From Kiritimatiellia bacterium (GTDB lineage: Bacteria > Verrucomicrobiota > Kiritimatiellia > SLAD01): 64,000 bases of DNA. A model generated the notes under the pieces. The model saw only the letters and a program-made list of their open reading frames with translations, searched no databases and was not told the DNA's origin. Below are positions 9,646 through 18,721 of the stretch, piece after piece; positions within the stretch are counted from its first letter, which is position 1, and each line of letters begins with the position of its first letter. The stretch covers positions 19,317-83,316 of the forward strand of contig SLKG01000043.1 of the NCBI GenBank assembly GCA_007134735.1, written 5' to 3'. The translations under genes and the position numbers were made by a program.

Positions 9646-9692
9646 ATGATGCTTGATACAGGCGATGACACAATGGGCAATGAGAAACCGAC

Positions 9693-10583
9693 ATGAGTCC
9701 CGTATCCACATTGAAAACCTTTGAAGACATCGACTGCACCTTTCCAAAGACGCTGCAGGAGGCATTGGAGCTGATGGCGGACGAAAAGACCCGGGGCGTC
9801 CCCTTGGCGGGCGGCACGGACCTGATGGTGCAATGGGAATCGGGCGCACTGCCGATGCCCGAACGGGTCATCAACGTCAAGAGCATCCCGGAGCTTCGGG
9901 AAATCAGCGAGGCGGATAACGAGGTGGTCATCGGCGGATCGGTGACGCACATGGAATTACGTCAATCGTCGGCGGTTCGCCGTGCCGTGCCTTCGCTGGC
10001 CGAGGCGGCGGCAACGATCGGCGGGTTCCAGATCCAGATCATGGGGACCCTCGCGGGCAGTGTCGCCAATGCGAGCCCGGCGGGCGACCTGGCGCCGTCT
10101 CTGTTGATCACCGACGGCACCGTGACGCTGGCCGGTGTGCGGGGCGAGCGGGAAGTGAAGCTGACCGAATTCTGGAAGGGATACCGGGAAATCGATCGGC
10201 AACCCGACGAGTTAATCGTGCGATTCCGTCTGCCGCGCCTGCCGGAAGGTCATTATGAAAGCTGGCGCAAGCTGGGCGCCCGCAAGGCGCAGGCCATTTC
10301 CAAGGTCATGGGCAGCAGCCGGGGCCGCATGAAAGACGGCGTCGTATCCTGTTTCAAGGTGGCCCTGGGCAGTATCGCGCCGACGGCGGTCCGGTTGTAT
10401 GATGTTGAGCAATGGATCGTCGGCCAACCGATCCATGACGAAACGTTGAAGGAAGCGGAACAGCGGGTAGCCGATGCGGTCAAGCCGATCGGCGACATCC
10501 GGTCCACGGCGGAATACCGGAAATGGGTGAGCGGGCGGCTGGTCCGTTTGTTTCTGGAAGAGCTGGCTGCGCGGTCGGGATAG
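9693..10583 (+). CDS. FAD-binding subunit of an XDH-family molybdoenzyme (CoxM/XdhB-like)
   Basis: FAD_binding_5 / CO-dehydrogenase flavoprotein fold (PLAGGTDLMV motif). Confidence 0.9.
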   Translation: MSPVSTLKTFEDIDCTFPKTLQEALELMADEKTRGVPLAGGTDLMVQWESGALPMPERVINVKSIPELREISEADNEVVIGGSVTHMELRQSSAVRRAVPSLAEAAATIGGFQIQIMGTLAGSVANASPAGDLAPSLLITDGTVTLAGVRGEREVKLTEFWKGYREIDRQPDELIVRFRLPRLPEGHYESWRKLGARKAQAISKVMGSSRGRMKDGVVSCFKVALGSIAPTAVRLYDVEQWIVGQPIHDETLKEAEQRVADAVKPIGDIRSTAEYRKWVSGRLVRLFLEELAARSG

Positions 10584-10765
10584 GCCGCGCCACGCCGGCG
10601 AGTAGTTCTGGAAACAGAAGAATGAGCATGCTCTGGATGTTTCGTCCCGGGTTCCTTCCTGTTGCTTCGCGCGCAAGCGCGCTTCCTACAAAAGACCCCT
10701 CCACGTCTCTTTATGTAGGAAGACGGGAAAGGAAGCAGGCTGACAGAACATCCGTTTGGTAATTT

Positions 10766-10847
10766 CCGGCTCAGCAGGAGCTTCGCCCTCCAGATTTCTC
10801 AACGGCCTTGCCATCCATGATGGAGGGCGAAGCTCCTGCTGAGCCGG
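10766..10847. repeat. Perfect 27-bp inverted repeat (CCGGCTCAGCAGGAGCTTCGCCCTCCA ... TGGAGGGCGAAGCTCCTGCTGAGCCGG) with a 28-nt spacer
   Basis: Exact reverse complement verified by eye. It lies between the convergent xdh FAD-subunit gene and the mocA-like gene. Confidence 0.8.
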
Positions 10848-10855
10848 GAGACGAT

Positions 10856-11440
10856 TCACCACCCCAGCGTTCTTCTCACCGCCTCCCATTCCTGGGGCGT
10901 GTTGGGATTGTGGAGGAGGGCGGGGTCATCGATCTCGATCCTTGTTTCCAGGGGGGCCAACATGTGATCCAGACGCACCTCTTCGTCCGCTTCCAAATCC
11001 AGGAGGCGTCGCGCGGTTTCGGCGGAGATCCACAACAGATAGCCGGGCTGACCCCGATACATCGGGCGCACGGCCGGCGCGTTTTCGGTTTCGGCGGCTT
11101 TCAACACGGCGGTCAGCGTGTCCGTCCGGATTCCGGCGGTATCGACGGGAATGATAACATGGCCGTCGCATTCCGGCAGGGTGCGCAAACCGGCCTGTAC
11201 GGACGAGAATCGGCCCTTGCGCTTCCAATCCCGGTTGAAAGCGAGGCGAGGCCAATGGAGTTCCGCGGCCAAGCGTTCCGCTTCGCTTCCGAGCACGATC
11301 ACCACGTTTTCGCATCCGCACGCTTCCAGCCATTGCGCCTGGTGCCGGGCAAGCGGCCCGTCGGGCGCCGGCAGCAACGCCTTGGGTGTACCCATTCGGC
11401 GTGAAGCGCCCGCGGCCAGCACAATGCCGGCGTGATCCAT
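10856..11440 (-). CDS. mocA: Molybdenum cofactor cytidylyltransferase / MobA-like nucleotidyltransferase (MocA-like)
   Basis: LAAGASRRMGTPKAL nucleotide-binding motif. It lies adjacent to XDH-family genes, which use the MCD cofactor. The start is taken at ATG 11440 (MDHAGIVLAAG). Confidence 0.7.
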   Translation of the reverse strand: MDHAGIVLAAGASRRMGTPKALLPAPDGPLARHQAQWLEACGCENVVIVLGSEAERLAAELHWPRLAFNRDWKRKGRFSSVQAGLRTLPECDGHVIIPVDTAGIRTDTLTAVLKAAETENAPAVRPMYRGQPGYLLWISAETARRLLDLEADEEVRLDHMLAPLETRIEIDDPALLHNPNTPQEWEAVRRTLGW

Positions 11441-11515
11441 CCGCAAGTCATCCCGAGCGGAGTCCCGACGCGAAGCGCTCGGCATGACCGGTCCCTTTCA
11501 CTTTCGCTCCCTTGG

Positions 11516-11552
11516 ACATTGGATATTCCTTGTTGGTTTCTGGATATTGAAT
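11516..11552 (+). repeat. Copy A of a dispersed ~37-nt intergenic element (CATTGGATATTCCTTGTTGGTTTCTGGATATTGAATT)
   Basis: 33 of 37 positions are identical to the reverse complement of 47108..47144. This copy sits between the mocA-like gene and gpsA. Confidence 0.65.
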
Positions 11553-11602
11553 TATTTCAGCCATGCCGGCGCCCGGCGTCGAACGGCTCTGTATCGATTC
11601 AA

Positions 11603-12598
11603 TCACTCCCGTTCCGGCCTCGGGTCTCGGGCAAGCAGGGTTTCCACGGCGCGGTGCGGGTTTTTGCCTTCGTGAACGACGGCGTACACTTCCTCGGTAA
11701 TCGGCACTTCCACACCCGCGTCGGCGGCCATGGCGCGGGCGTTCGCGCAGGTCCACACGCCTTCGGCTACCTGCTCCATGCTCTTCATGATGTCATCAAT
11801 CTTTTCGCCCCGTCCCAGCCGTTCGCCCACGCCCCGGTTTCGGCTCAACCGGCTGGTACAGGTGACAATCAGGTCGCCCATGCCGCTCAATCCGCTGAAG
11901 GTCTCGGGATGTGCGCCGAGGGCGGCGCCGAGTCGGGCGATTTCCGCCAGGCCCCGCGTAATCAGGGCGGCCTTGGTGTTATCGCCGAACCCGATCCCGT
12001 CGCTGACGCCCGCCGCCAGGGCCATCACGTTCTTCATCGCTCCGCCGAGTTCCACCCCGACGACGTCGTCCGATGTGTACACGCGGAAAAGCTCATCGGA
12101 AAAAATGGTCTGCCATTCTTCTGCGCAACGATGCTCCGTACTCGCCAGGACCACGGCGGTCGGCACCCCGCGGGCGACTTCCTCGGCGTGACTGGGACCC
12201 GACAGCGCGGAGACGGGGCCGCGTCCGACGATACGTTCCGCGGTTTCGGTCATGCGCCGGTGTGTATTCTTGTCCAAACCTTTGGCCACGCTCAACAGCC
12301 GGCTGTTTGAGGGGATCAGGCTTTTGAACGATGTGACGACATCCGCGTAGAAGTGAGAGGGCACGGCAAACACCACACCGTCGGCATCGGCCACGGCGGT
12401 TTCACGGTCCGCGGTCCACTCGATTTCGGGAGGCAGGGATATGCCGGGAAGAAACTTTGTGTTTTCGCCCCCGGCACGGACCTGTTCAATGTAATCGGCG
12501 AAAGGCCCCCAGATGCGGACCGCGTGGCCGTTGCGATGCAGGACCAGCGCCAGGGCCGTGCCCCAGCCGCCGTCGCCGAGGATTGCGATGTGCTTCAT
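11603..12598 (-). CDS. gpsA: NAD(P)H-dependent glycerol-3-phosphate dehydrogenase
   Basis: MKHIAILGDGGWGTALA Rossmann N-terminus followed by a GpsA fold. Confidence 0.9.
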   Translation of the reverse strand: MKHIAILGDGGWGTALALVLHRNGHAVRIWGPFADYIEQVRAGGENTKFLPGISLPPEIEWTADRETAVADADGVVFAVPSHFYADVVTSFKSLIPSNSRLLSVAKGLDKNTHRRMTETAERIVGRGPVSALSGPSHAEEVARGVPTAVVLASTEHRCAEEWQTIFSDELFRVYTSDDVVGVELGGAMKNVMALAAGVSDGIGFGDNTKAALITRGLAEIARLGAALGAHPETFSGLSGMGDLIVTCTSRLSRNRGVGERLGRGEKIDDIMKSMEQVAEGVWTCANARAMAADAGVEVPITEEVYAVVHEGKNPHRAVETLLARDPRPERE

Positions 12599-13239
12599 GT
12601 GCCGGTCTCCTCTTTCTTGTTCCGGAGATCGAACTGGTTTTCACTGCCGTTCAGAAGCCGGACGATATTGCTCCTGTGCCGTACAATCAGCAGCAGACCG
12701 AGCAGGGTGAGCACCACGGGCAGGAGCCAACCCTCATCCCGGTACATCCACCACCCGAACGCGGGAACCGCCAGGGCCGTTCCGATGGACGAAATCGACA
12801 CGTACCGGGTGGTGATCATAAGCACGATCCAGGTCAGGAGCCCGACGCCGACCGCGGCGGGTGCGACGCCGAGGAGCACGCCGGCGCTGGTGGCCACGCC
12901 TTTACCTCCGCGGAACCTCAGCCAGACCGGCCAGTTATGACCGGCGATCGCGGCCACGCCGCAGAGCAGGGCGAACAGCACGCCGGTTTCCGGCGGAAGT
13001 TCCCCGGCCAGCCCTGGAAAAAAGAAGACCGGAACAAAACCCTTGAGCGCGTCCGCCATGAAGGTCGCGATGCCCCATGGCTTTCCGACCGAGCGAAACA
13101 CATTGGTGGCCCCGATGTTTCCACTACCGACCGTCCGGATATCGATTCCTTTTGCGCGTGCCAAAAGAAACCCCACAGGCACCGAGCCGAGGAGATAGGC
13201 GGCCAGGATCCAGAACACCATGATTCCCGCGTTGTTCAT
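12595..13239 (-). CDS. plsY: Glycerol-3-phosphate acyltransferase PlsY
   Basis: PlsY motifs (GSGNIGATN). ATGA overlap with gpsA. Confidence 0.9.
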   Translation of the reverse strand: MNNAGIMVFWILAAYLLGSVPVGFLLARAKGIDIRTVGSGNIGATNVFRSVGKPWGIATFMADALKGFVPVFFFPGLAGELPPETGVLFALLCGVAAIAGHNWPVWLRFRGGKGVATSAGVLLGVAPAAVGVGLLTWIVLMITTRYVSISSIGTALAVPAFGWWMYRDEGWLLPVVLTLLGLLLIVRHRSNIVRLLNGSENQFDLRNKKEETGT

Positions 13240-13338
13240 GGGGGGACCCTAACACAGGTTGTGTCCGATGAGAAGCCGGATGAATACCGCGATCGCGGTA
13301 TGGGACGTGAATAGGGTTTGCGCAGCCGTATTCCATGT

Positions 13339-13358
13339 AAAAAGCGCGCTTGCGCGCG
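13339..13358 (-). terminator. Putative rho-independent terminator downstream of the GH13 gene
   Basis: On the minus strand the GC palindrome GCGCGCAAGCGCGC is followed by TTTTT. Confidence 0.5.
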
Positions 13359-13407
13359 AGGACTCTGGAAAGGGACATCGATGTGGTCCGATACGCCGGC
13401 TGCCAAT

Positions 13408-16400
13408 CTACTGAACCGGACGGACGCCGGTGCGGAAAAAGAGGTATTCCTGGTCATTGGTGAGGATGATCTGCAGCGGAAAACCGTCGCCGTGTGCGTC
13501 GTATCCGAAAGGCTCCCAGTCGCCGTCGACCAGGTTGGTATTGAAATACACTTCGTACATCTGGCCGATCTCCGTTGCCGGGAAGTGGACCCTGAACTCT
13601 CCGGGTTTATCCATGGTCCCGAACGTGAAGTGCGGGCCGTAACGGCGGATGATGTTTCGTGAAGCGGAATGTTCCCGGCTCTCCAGCGGATCGCCGTCGA
13701 TGGCCATGTCCGACACATATACGTTGTAATTGGACCCATGTCCGGCGCTGTAGTTCCATACGCGAAATTCCCGCACCAGCGCCTCGGAAGTCGTGGCGAG
13801 CGTGCCGGTTATTTCCGTATTGTTTGCCGTGAAACGGTATTCCGTGGACGAGGTCAATTCAAACGTCAGGTCCAGTCCGTTCGTGGTCCACGATAGACCC
13901 GTGTCGCGTCCCGTTTCCGCGTCGTTGACGAGATAATTGGTTCCGCCTCCGACGAACAGGAACTCAAACAGATGTTGACCGAAGCGATTCCGCAGGCCGA
14001 TGCCCACGGATCCGGCGGGCTCGGTATCACTTCCCCCGAAAATCCAGTTATTCTCAAGGCGGGCGGAAAAAACATCGCCGACGTGAAGGCGATCCGCGAA
14101 CGGTCGCACGGCCTCGCTCAAGCCTCCGCTGTTGGCCCAGAGGCCCCAGGCCTGCGGGAGGGTGTTCTGGTTGTGTTCGCCGGAAGCCAGGAAGTGGCCG
14201 GCACTTCCGCTGGTGTTCAGTTCCCACCCTTCGCCCCAGCCCTGTCCGCCGTTTTGGCCGGAGGTCCAGTTGCCCGCATTCACGTACACGGCGTTGGTTG
14301 CGCTGTCGCGGGCGCCCGCGTTCGGATTGTCCGTGGTGTTGGTGCCGGTAATGCGGAACAGGTTCGCGCCCAGATCGATCGAAATGGTTTCGACCACCCA
14401 GTTCGTGAGGACGGGGATCGCGTCGGATTCACCCGTCTTCGTGTTCTCCCAGTGCAGAAGCCCGTCCATCCGGGAGGCCCGGCCATGAACGGTGAAGACA
14501 TCCTGGGTATAGGGAACGTACATGTCCGATCCCGGATGGGTGATGGAGATCCCCGCCCGGTCGGACGCTACACAACCGGTAACATACACGTGCCAATCGT
14601 TCCAGTCGTTGTTGTCCCAGTTATCTTCACCGTCATGAAACACGAAATCCAATTGCCAGGTGCCCTGCGGGATTGTGTAGGTGACGCTCCATTCGCCGTT
14701 CGCCGTATTGGTCATGGATATATCAGTAGGGTGCTGCCAACCGTTTCGCCCGAGGTGCAGGTACAGGTTTTCGGCGCCCGCCAATTCTCCGTCCCGTTCC
14801 CGGTACTGAATCACCACCGGCACACAACCGTGCGGATGGGGGGGATCCGCCGTGGCCACGCCCGGCAGTTCCGCGCATCCGCTGATCTCCAGGCGCCAGT
14901 CCCGACCCTCATTGGCGTCCCATACGGGATCCTCTTCAGCGCCGTCATGAAAGGCCATATTTAACTCGTAGGTTCCCTCCTCGACTTCAACCGTCGTGGC
15001 CCACGTGCCGTTCTGATTGGTCATGGGCACATCGGCGGCGTCCTGCCAGTTGTTATGTCCCACGAACAGCACCACGTTGGTCGCGTCCTGCAGGGGACCG
15101 TCGACCGGATCGAACGTGATTTCGACGGGGATACATCCGGCCGGTGCGGGCGGATCGAAGGTCACGAGGCCGACCCCCGTCGGCGGGGACTTTGAAAAGA
15201 TCTGGATGCTGTACCGGCCCATATTGACGTTGGCGGAGGGCGGATTTCCCGTGGCCTCGACCTGCGCGGGTCCGATATTGTCGAAATCCTCCTGGTATAG
15301 GGTCAAGTCGCTGTTGAAATGACTGTGCCAGGTGCCCGCGGAAGGGAACGCAATATTATAGTCGTTGTTTGTCCATGTCGTATTGGCGAAGTTGGCCACG
15401 ACGACCACGTCATCGGCTTGTCCCCCGGCATCCCATCGGATATAGGCGATCACCTTATCGTCGTTGTTGACATGATGCACGTTGATCCCGGTTCCCTTCA
15501 GTCCCTGCGCCCCGCCGCGTCGGTTGCGGCGCGTGTGGATCAGATCGGTGTACGCCTGGACCATGCCGGAAAACGTGTTCGCCCGGTCCCAGCGCAACGG
15601 CGTGTCGTCATGAAATGCCTGGGTCTCCAGCATTTCCTGGCCTTGGAAGATCATGGGAATGCCGGGAGTGGTCATGATGATCCCGGCGGCGAGCAGCGAC
15701 CGTTTGCGCGAATAAATGCTTTCGGGTTCTTCGCCATGGATTTCCGTGGGGATCCGACTGCGGCCGTGCGATGCGGCGATGTAGTCGTGCGCCTCGGAGA
15801 AGACCACGCGGTGATGACCCGGCCAGCCGTCCAAAAGGTTTTTGATTGTGTACATGTTCCGGTCGCTATCCGATCCGGTCACGACCGTGTCGCGGAGATC
15901 CCATCGATAAGCCACATCCCACTGGTTCTCGAAGTTCATGCTGTAATCGAAGGCGTGATCTTCCGATCCGCGGATTACATGCGGATACTCCTGCATAAGT
16001 TCCCAATTGATATCGCGCAGCATGTGTTCGCCTTCTTGATTGTGACCCCAGTCGGAATGGATCGTGTGGTACACCGAATCCCAGCGGAATCCCCCGATGC
16101 GATATTCTTCGACCCACATGAACATCTGGTCGCGAATGAATGCACGGACTTCCGGGCGTCCGTAATCGGGCCGCGTGGAACCCCACGGCGTATGGGCGCG
16201 TTCGTCGTTGTAAAAATAGATTCCGCCGAGGTTGTTTTCGTACCAGCCGTCGAACCGCCAAATATCCAGGTCCGTGGGGCCGTAGTGATTGTGGACTACG
16301 TCCATGAAGACCGCGATACCGTGTTCGTGCGCGGCGCGGACAAAGCGTTTCAAGGCCCGGGGCCCTCCGTAGTCCGTTGCAATGGCAAACAGGTCGGTGG

Positions 16401-17001
16401 GGTTATAGCCCCAGCTGTGCTGGCCCGGGAATTCGTTCACCGGCATCAACAGGATGGCGTTGATCCCGAGGTCGCGGACATGATCGAGTCGTTCCACCGC
16501 CCGGTCAAACGTGCTGGGCGGGAGTTGTCCCCCGAATGTTCCGACGTGCATCTGGTAGAGGACCAGGTCGTTACGCCATGGTTCGGGGATGGAGGTGCCG
16601 TTCCAGTCGAACGCGTCCGGATCATAGATGATAGAGTTTCCGGTCGAACCGGTTACCTGTCGGGCGCGGGGATCGCGACGCCAGAGTTGACCGTTGATGA
16701 AGTACTGGTATTCCTGTCCGGCGCGCGCGGCGGGGATGTCGCGGGCCCACAATCCGTTTCCTTCGTCAAACAGCGGGGTCTGTCCCCATCCGTTGAAATC
16801 ACCGCGTACGGCGACGCTGGATGCGTTCGGAGCCCATACACGGAAAGTGACGCCGGTTCCGTTTTCGTCCGCATACGGGATAGAACCCATCCCCGGCCGG
16901 GCGGACCACGCCATGTCCGTACCCGGGAAAACGGGGGACAGGTACAAGAAGAGCGCCCACAACGCACTGAAAAATAAACGGTTACGCATCATGCCATGCA
17001 T
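13408..17001 (-). CDS. Secreted GH13 alpha-amylase-family enzyme (CBM48 + isoamylase/TreZ-like catalytic domain) with tandem C-terminal carbohydrate-binding-like repeats
   Basis: Signal peptide MHGMMRNRLFFSALWALFLYL. GH13 conserved regions (GINAILLMPVNEF...SWGYNP; HEHGIAVFMDVVHNHYGP). Two repeated C-terminal modules of about 100 aa (GCIPVEITFD.../GCVPVVIQYR...) are rich in W, N and D. The start is trimmed to ATG 17001 because the upstream part of the tracked ORF overlaps rpoN. Confidence 0.85.
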   Translation of the reverse strand: MHGMMRNRLFFSALWALFLYLSPVFPGTDMAWSARPGMGSIPYADENGTGVTFRVWAPNASSVAVRGDFNGWGQTPLFDEGNGLWARDIPAARAGQEYQYFINGQLWRRDPRARQVTGSTGNSIIYDPDAFDWNGTSIPEPWRNDLVLYQMHVGTFGGQLPPSTFDRAVERLDHVRDLGINAILLMPVNEFPGQHSWGYNPTDLFAIATDYGGPRALKRFVRAAHEHGIAVFMDVVHNHYGPTDLDIWRFDGWYENNLGGIYFYNDERAHTPWGSTRPDYGRPEVRAFIRDQMFMWVEEYRIGGFRWDSVYHTIHSDWGHNQEGEHMLRDINWELMQEYPHVIRGSEDHAFDYSMNFENQWDVAYRWDLRDTVVTGSDSDRNMYTIKNLLDGWPGHHRVVFSEAHDYIAASHGRSRIPTEIHGEEPESIYSRKRSLLAAGIIMTTPGIPMIFQGQEMLETQAFHDDTPLRWDRANTFSGMVQAYTDLIHTRRNRRGGAQGLKGTGINVHHVNNDDKVIAYIRWDAGGQADDVVVVANFANTTWTNNDYNIAFPSAGTWHSHFNSDLTLYQEDFDNIGPAQVEATGNPPSANVNMGRYSIQIFSKSPPTGVGLVTFDPPAPAGCIPVEITFDPVDGPLQDATNVVLFVGHNNWQDAADVPMTNQNGTWATTVEVEEGTYELNMAFHDGAEEDPVWDANEGRDWRLEISGCAELPGVATADPPHPHGCVPVVIQYRERDGELAGAENLYLHLGRNGWQHPTDISMTNTANGEWSVTYTIPQGTWQLDFVFHDGEDNWDNNDWNDWHVYVTGCVASDRAGISITHPGSDMYVPYTQDVFTVHGRASRMDGLLHWENTKTGESDAIPVLTNWVVETISIDLGANLFRITGTNTTDNPNAGARDSATNAVYVNAGNWTSGQNGGQGWGEGWELNTSGSAGHFLASGEHNQNTLPQAWGLWANSGGLSEAVRPFADRLHVGDVFSARLENNWIFGGSDTEPAGSVGIGLRNRFGQHLFEFLFVGGGTNYLVNDAETGRDTGLSWTTNGLDLTFELTSSTEYRFTANNTEITGTLATTSEALVREFRVWNYSAGHGSNYNVYVSDMAIDGDPLESREHSASRNIIRRYGPHFTFGTMDKPGEFRVHFPATEIGQMYEVYFNTNLVDGDWEPFGYDAHGDGFPLQIILTNDQEYLFFRTGVRPVQ

Positions 17002-17146
17002 CCCGGCTTCACGATACAACCTGTATACTATACACGATGTAAACCGTTTTACGATAGTCTTTACGGCCGATATTTCAGGGCCGGCCGATGTGTGTCCAAG
17101 GGTTGGAAGCGGGAATTCCGGAAGGGTCCAATGATTGGAAGAGTCC

Positions 17147-18583
17147 TTACTTCGCGAGAGTTTTGCGCAAATGGGAGGGGAGGATGTGGAGTTCTTCCCG
17201 GTACTTGGCGATGGTTCGGCGCGCGACGTTATAGCCTTCTTTCTTGAGTCGGTCGGCGATGGCCTGGTCGGACAAAGGGGCGGAGGGGTCTTCGTGGTCC
17301 ACGAGGCGGGCGATGGCGTCCTTGATGGCTTTATTGGACACTTCATTTCCGTCGGTGTTTTTAAATCCGGGCGTGAAAAAATATTTCAACTCAAAAAGGC
17401 CTTGCGGCGTCTGCATGTATTTATGGGCGATGGCCCGGCTGACCGTGGTTTCGTGGATGCCCAGCGTCCTGGCGATTTCGCCCATGGTGAGTGGTTTCAG
17501 GTGTTCGATTCCCTTTTCAAAGAAGTCCTGTTGCGCGCGCAGGATCTCATGGGCGATGTTTCGAATCGTATGTTTTCGTTGATCGATGCTTTTTATGAGA
17601 AAAGTTCCCGACCGAATTTTTTCCCGGATATACTCTTTCACTTCCGCCGGGGTGGACGGGTCTTCCATGAGTCGTCGATAGTGTTTGCTGATGCGCAAGC
17701 GCGGGATTTGTTCGTCGTTTGGAAAGACCGAAAAATGGTCGTTTGTTTTCTGCACCTCTATTTCGGGCACGACATAGGCGTTCGGTTCGGAACTGAACCG
17801 CCGTCCGGGTTTGGGTTCGAGTGTGGCGATGGCATTGACGGTTTTGCGCAGTTCCTCGTGGGGAATATCGAGCGCGCGGGCGATCCGGTCGTATTTGTGG
17901 GCGCCGAGGTCTTCGAGGTGATCCTGAACGATCCGGCGGGCGTGGTCGTTGGACATGCCGAGCCGGTCTATCTGTTGCAACAGGCATTCCTTCAGGTCCC
18001 GGGATCCAACGCCGATCGGGTCAAAATCGCGTATGACGTCGAGGATGCGTTCAAGGCGGCCGAGGTCGCTTCCGGTGGTTTCCGCGAGTTCTTCAAGGGT
18101 AATGGACAGGTAGCCGTCGTCGTTGATGTTGCCGATAAGCACTTCGCCGATCCGCCGGTCTTCGTCGGAGAGATGGCTTAACGCAAGCTGGTGCACGAGG
18201 TGTTCCTGCAGGGACTCGGGCCGGGAGATGGAATTCAGGAGATAGCGTTGTTTGGCCTCCTCGTCCCGCGGATCGTTATGGATGATTTTGTTTTGCTGAA
18301 AATATTCGCGCCATTCGTCGTCCAGTTGGGCCAGGGCGGCAAATTCCTCGTCCAGGTCCGTTTCGTTGATATCGTCGGCTTCGCCCGATCCGGGTTCGAC
18401 CTCGATCTGTTCATTTGCGGGCAGTTTTTCCTCGAGGGTCGGGTTCTGTTCCAGGGCCTGCTGGACCAGGGTCCGCAATTCCATGATCGGCACCTGCAGC
18501 AATTCCAGGGATTGACGCAACTGGGGCGCCAGCACCGTTTGCAGGCGTTGCTGCTGGGTTTGCGATAGAGCGGGATGTACCAT
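17147..18583 (-). CDS. rpoN: RNA polymerase sigma-54 factor
   Basis: Gln-rich N-terminal region I, a core-binding domain and the C-terminal RpoN box (ARRTIAKYRE). Confidence 0.9.
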   Translation of the reverse strand: MVHPALSQTQQQRLQTVLAPQLRQSLELLQVPIMELRTLVQQALEQNPTLEEKLPANEQIEVEPGSGEADDINETDLDEEFAALAQLDDEWREYFQQNKIIHNDPRDEEAKQRYLLNSISRPESLQEHLVHQLALSHLSDEDRRIGEVLIGNINDDGYLSITLEELAETTGSDLGRLERILDVIRDFDPIGVGSRDLKECLLQQIDRLGMSNDHARRIVQDHLEDLGAHKYDRIARALDIPHEELRKTVNAIATLEPKPGRRFSSEPNAYVVPEIEVQKTNDHFSVFPNDEQIPRLRISKHYRRLMEDPSTPAEVKEYIREKIRSGTFLIKSIDQRKHTIRNIAHEILRAQQDFFEKGIEHLKPLTMGEIARTLGIHETTVSRAIAHKYMQTPQGLFELKYFFTPGFKNTDGNEVSNKAIKDAIARLVDHEDPSAPLSDQAIADRLKKEGYNVARRTIAKYREELHILPSHLRKTLAK

Positions 18584-18721
18584 GGCACCAACGTATGTAT
18601 ATCATGCGTGCGAGCAAGCTCAAAGGCCAATATCTTTTCCGTGTGTACGGGGTTGGAAGGCGGGTCCGGGGGCGCAATTCCGTATCCGGTGCGGGAATCC
18701 CCGGTTTCTCCGGGTTTGGAA

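Noticed and set aside
15319-16977. 552-aa and 330-aa plus-strand ORFs (also 13972..14964) inside the GH13 locus
   Set aside because: They are antisense to a well-supported 1198-aa GH13 gene that has clear family motifs. These ORFs are R/G/V-rich with no domains.
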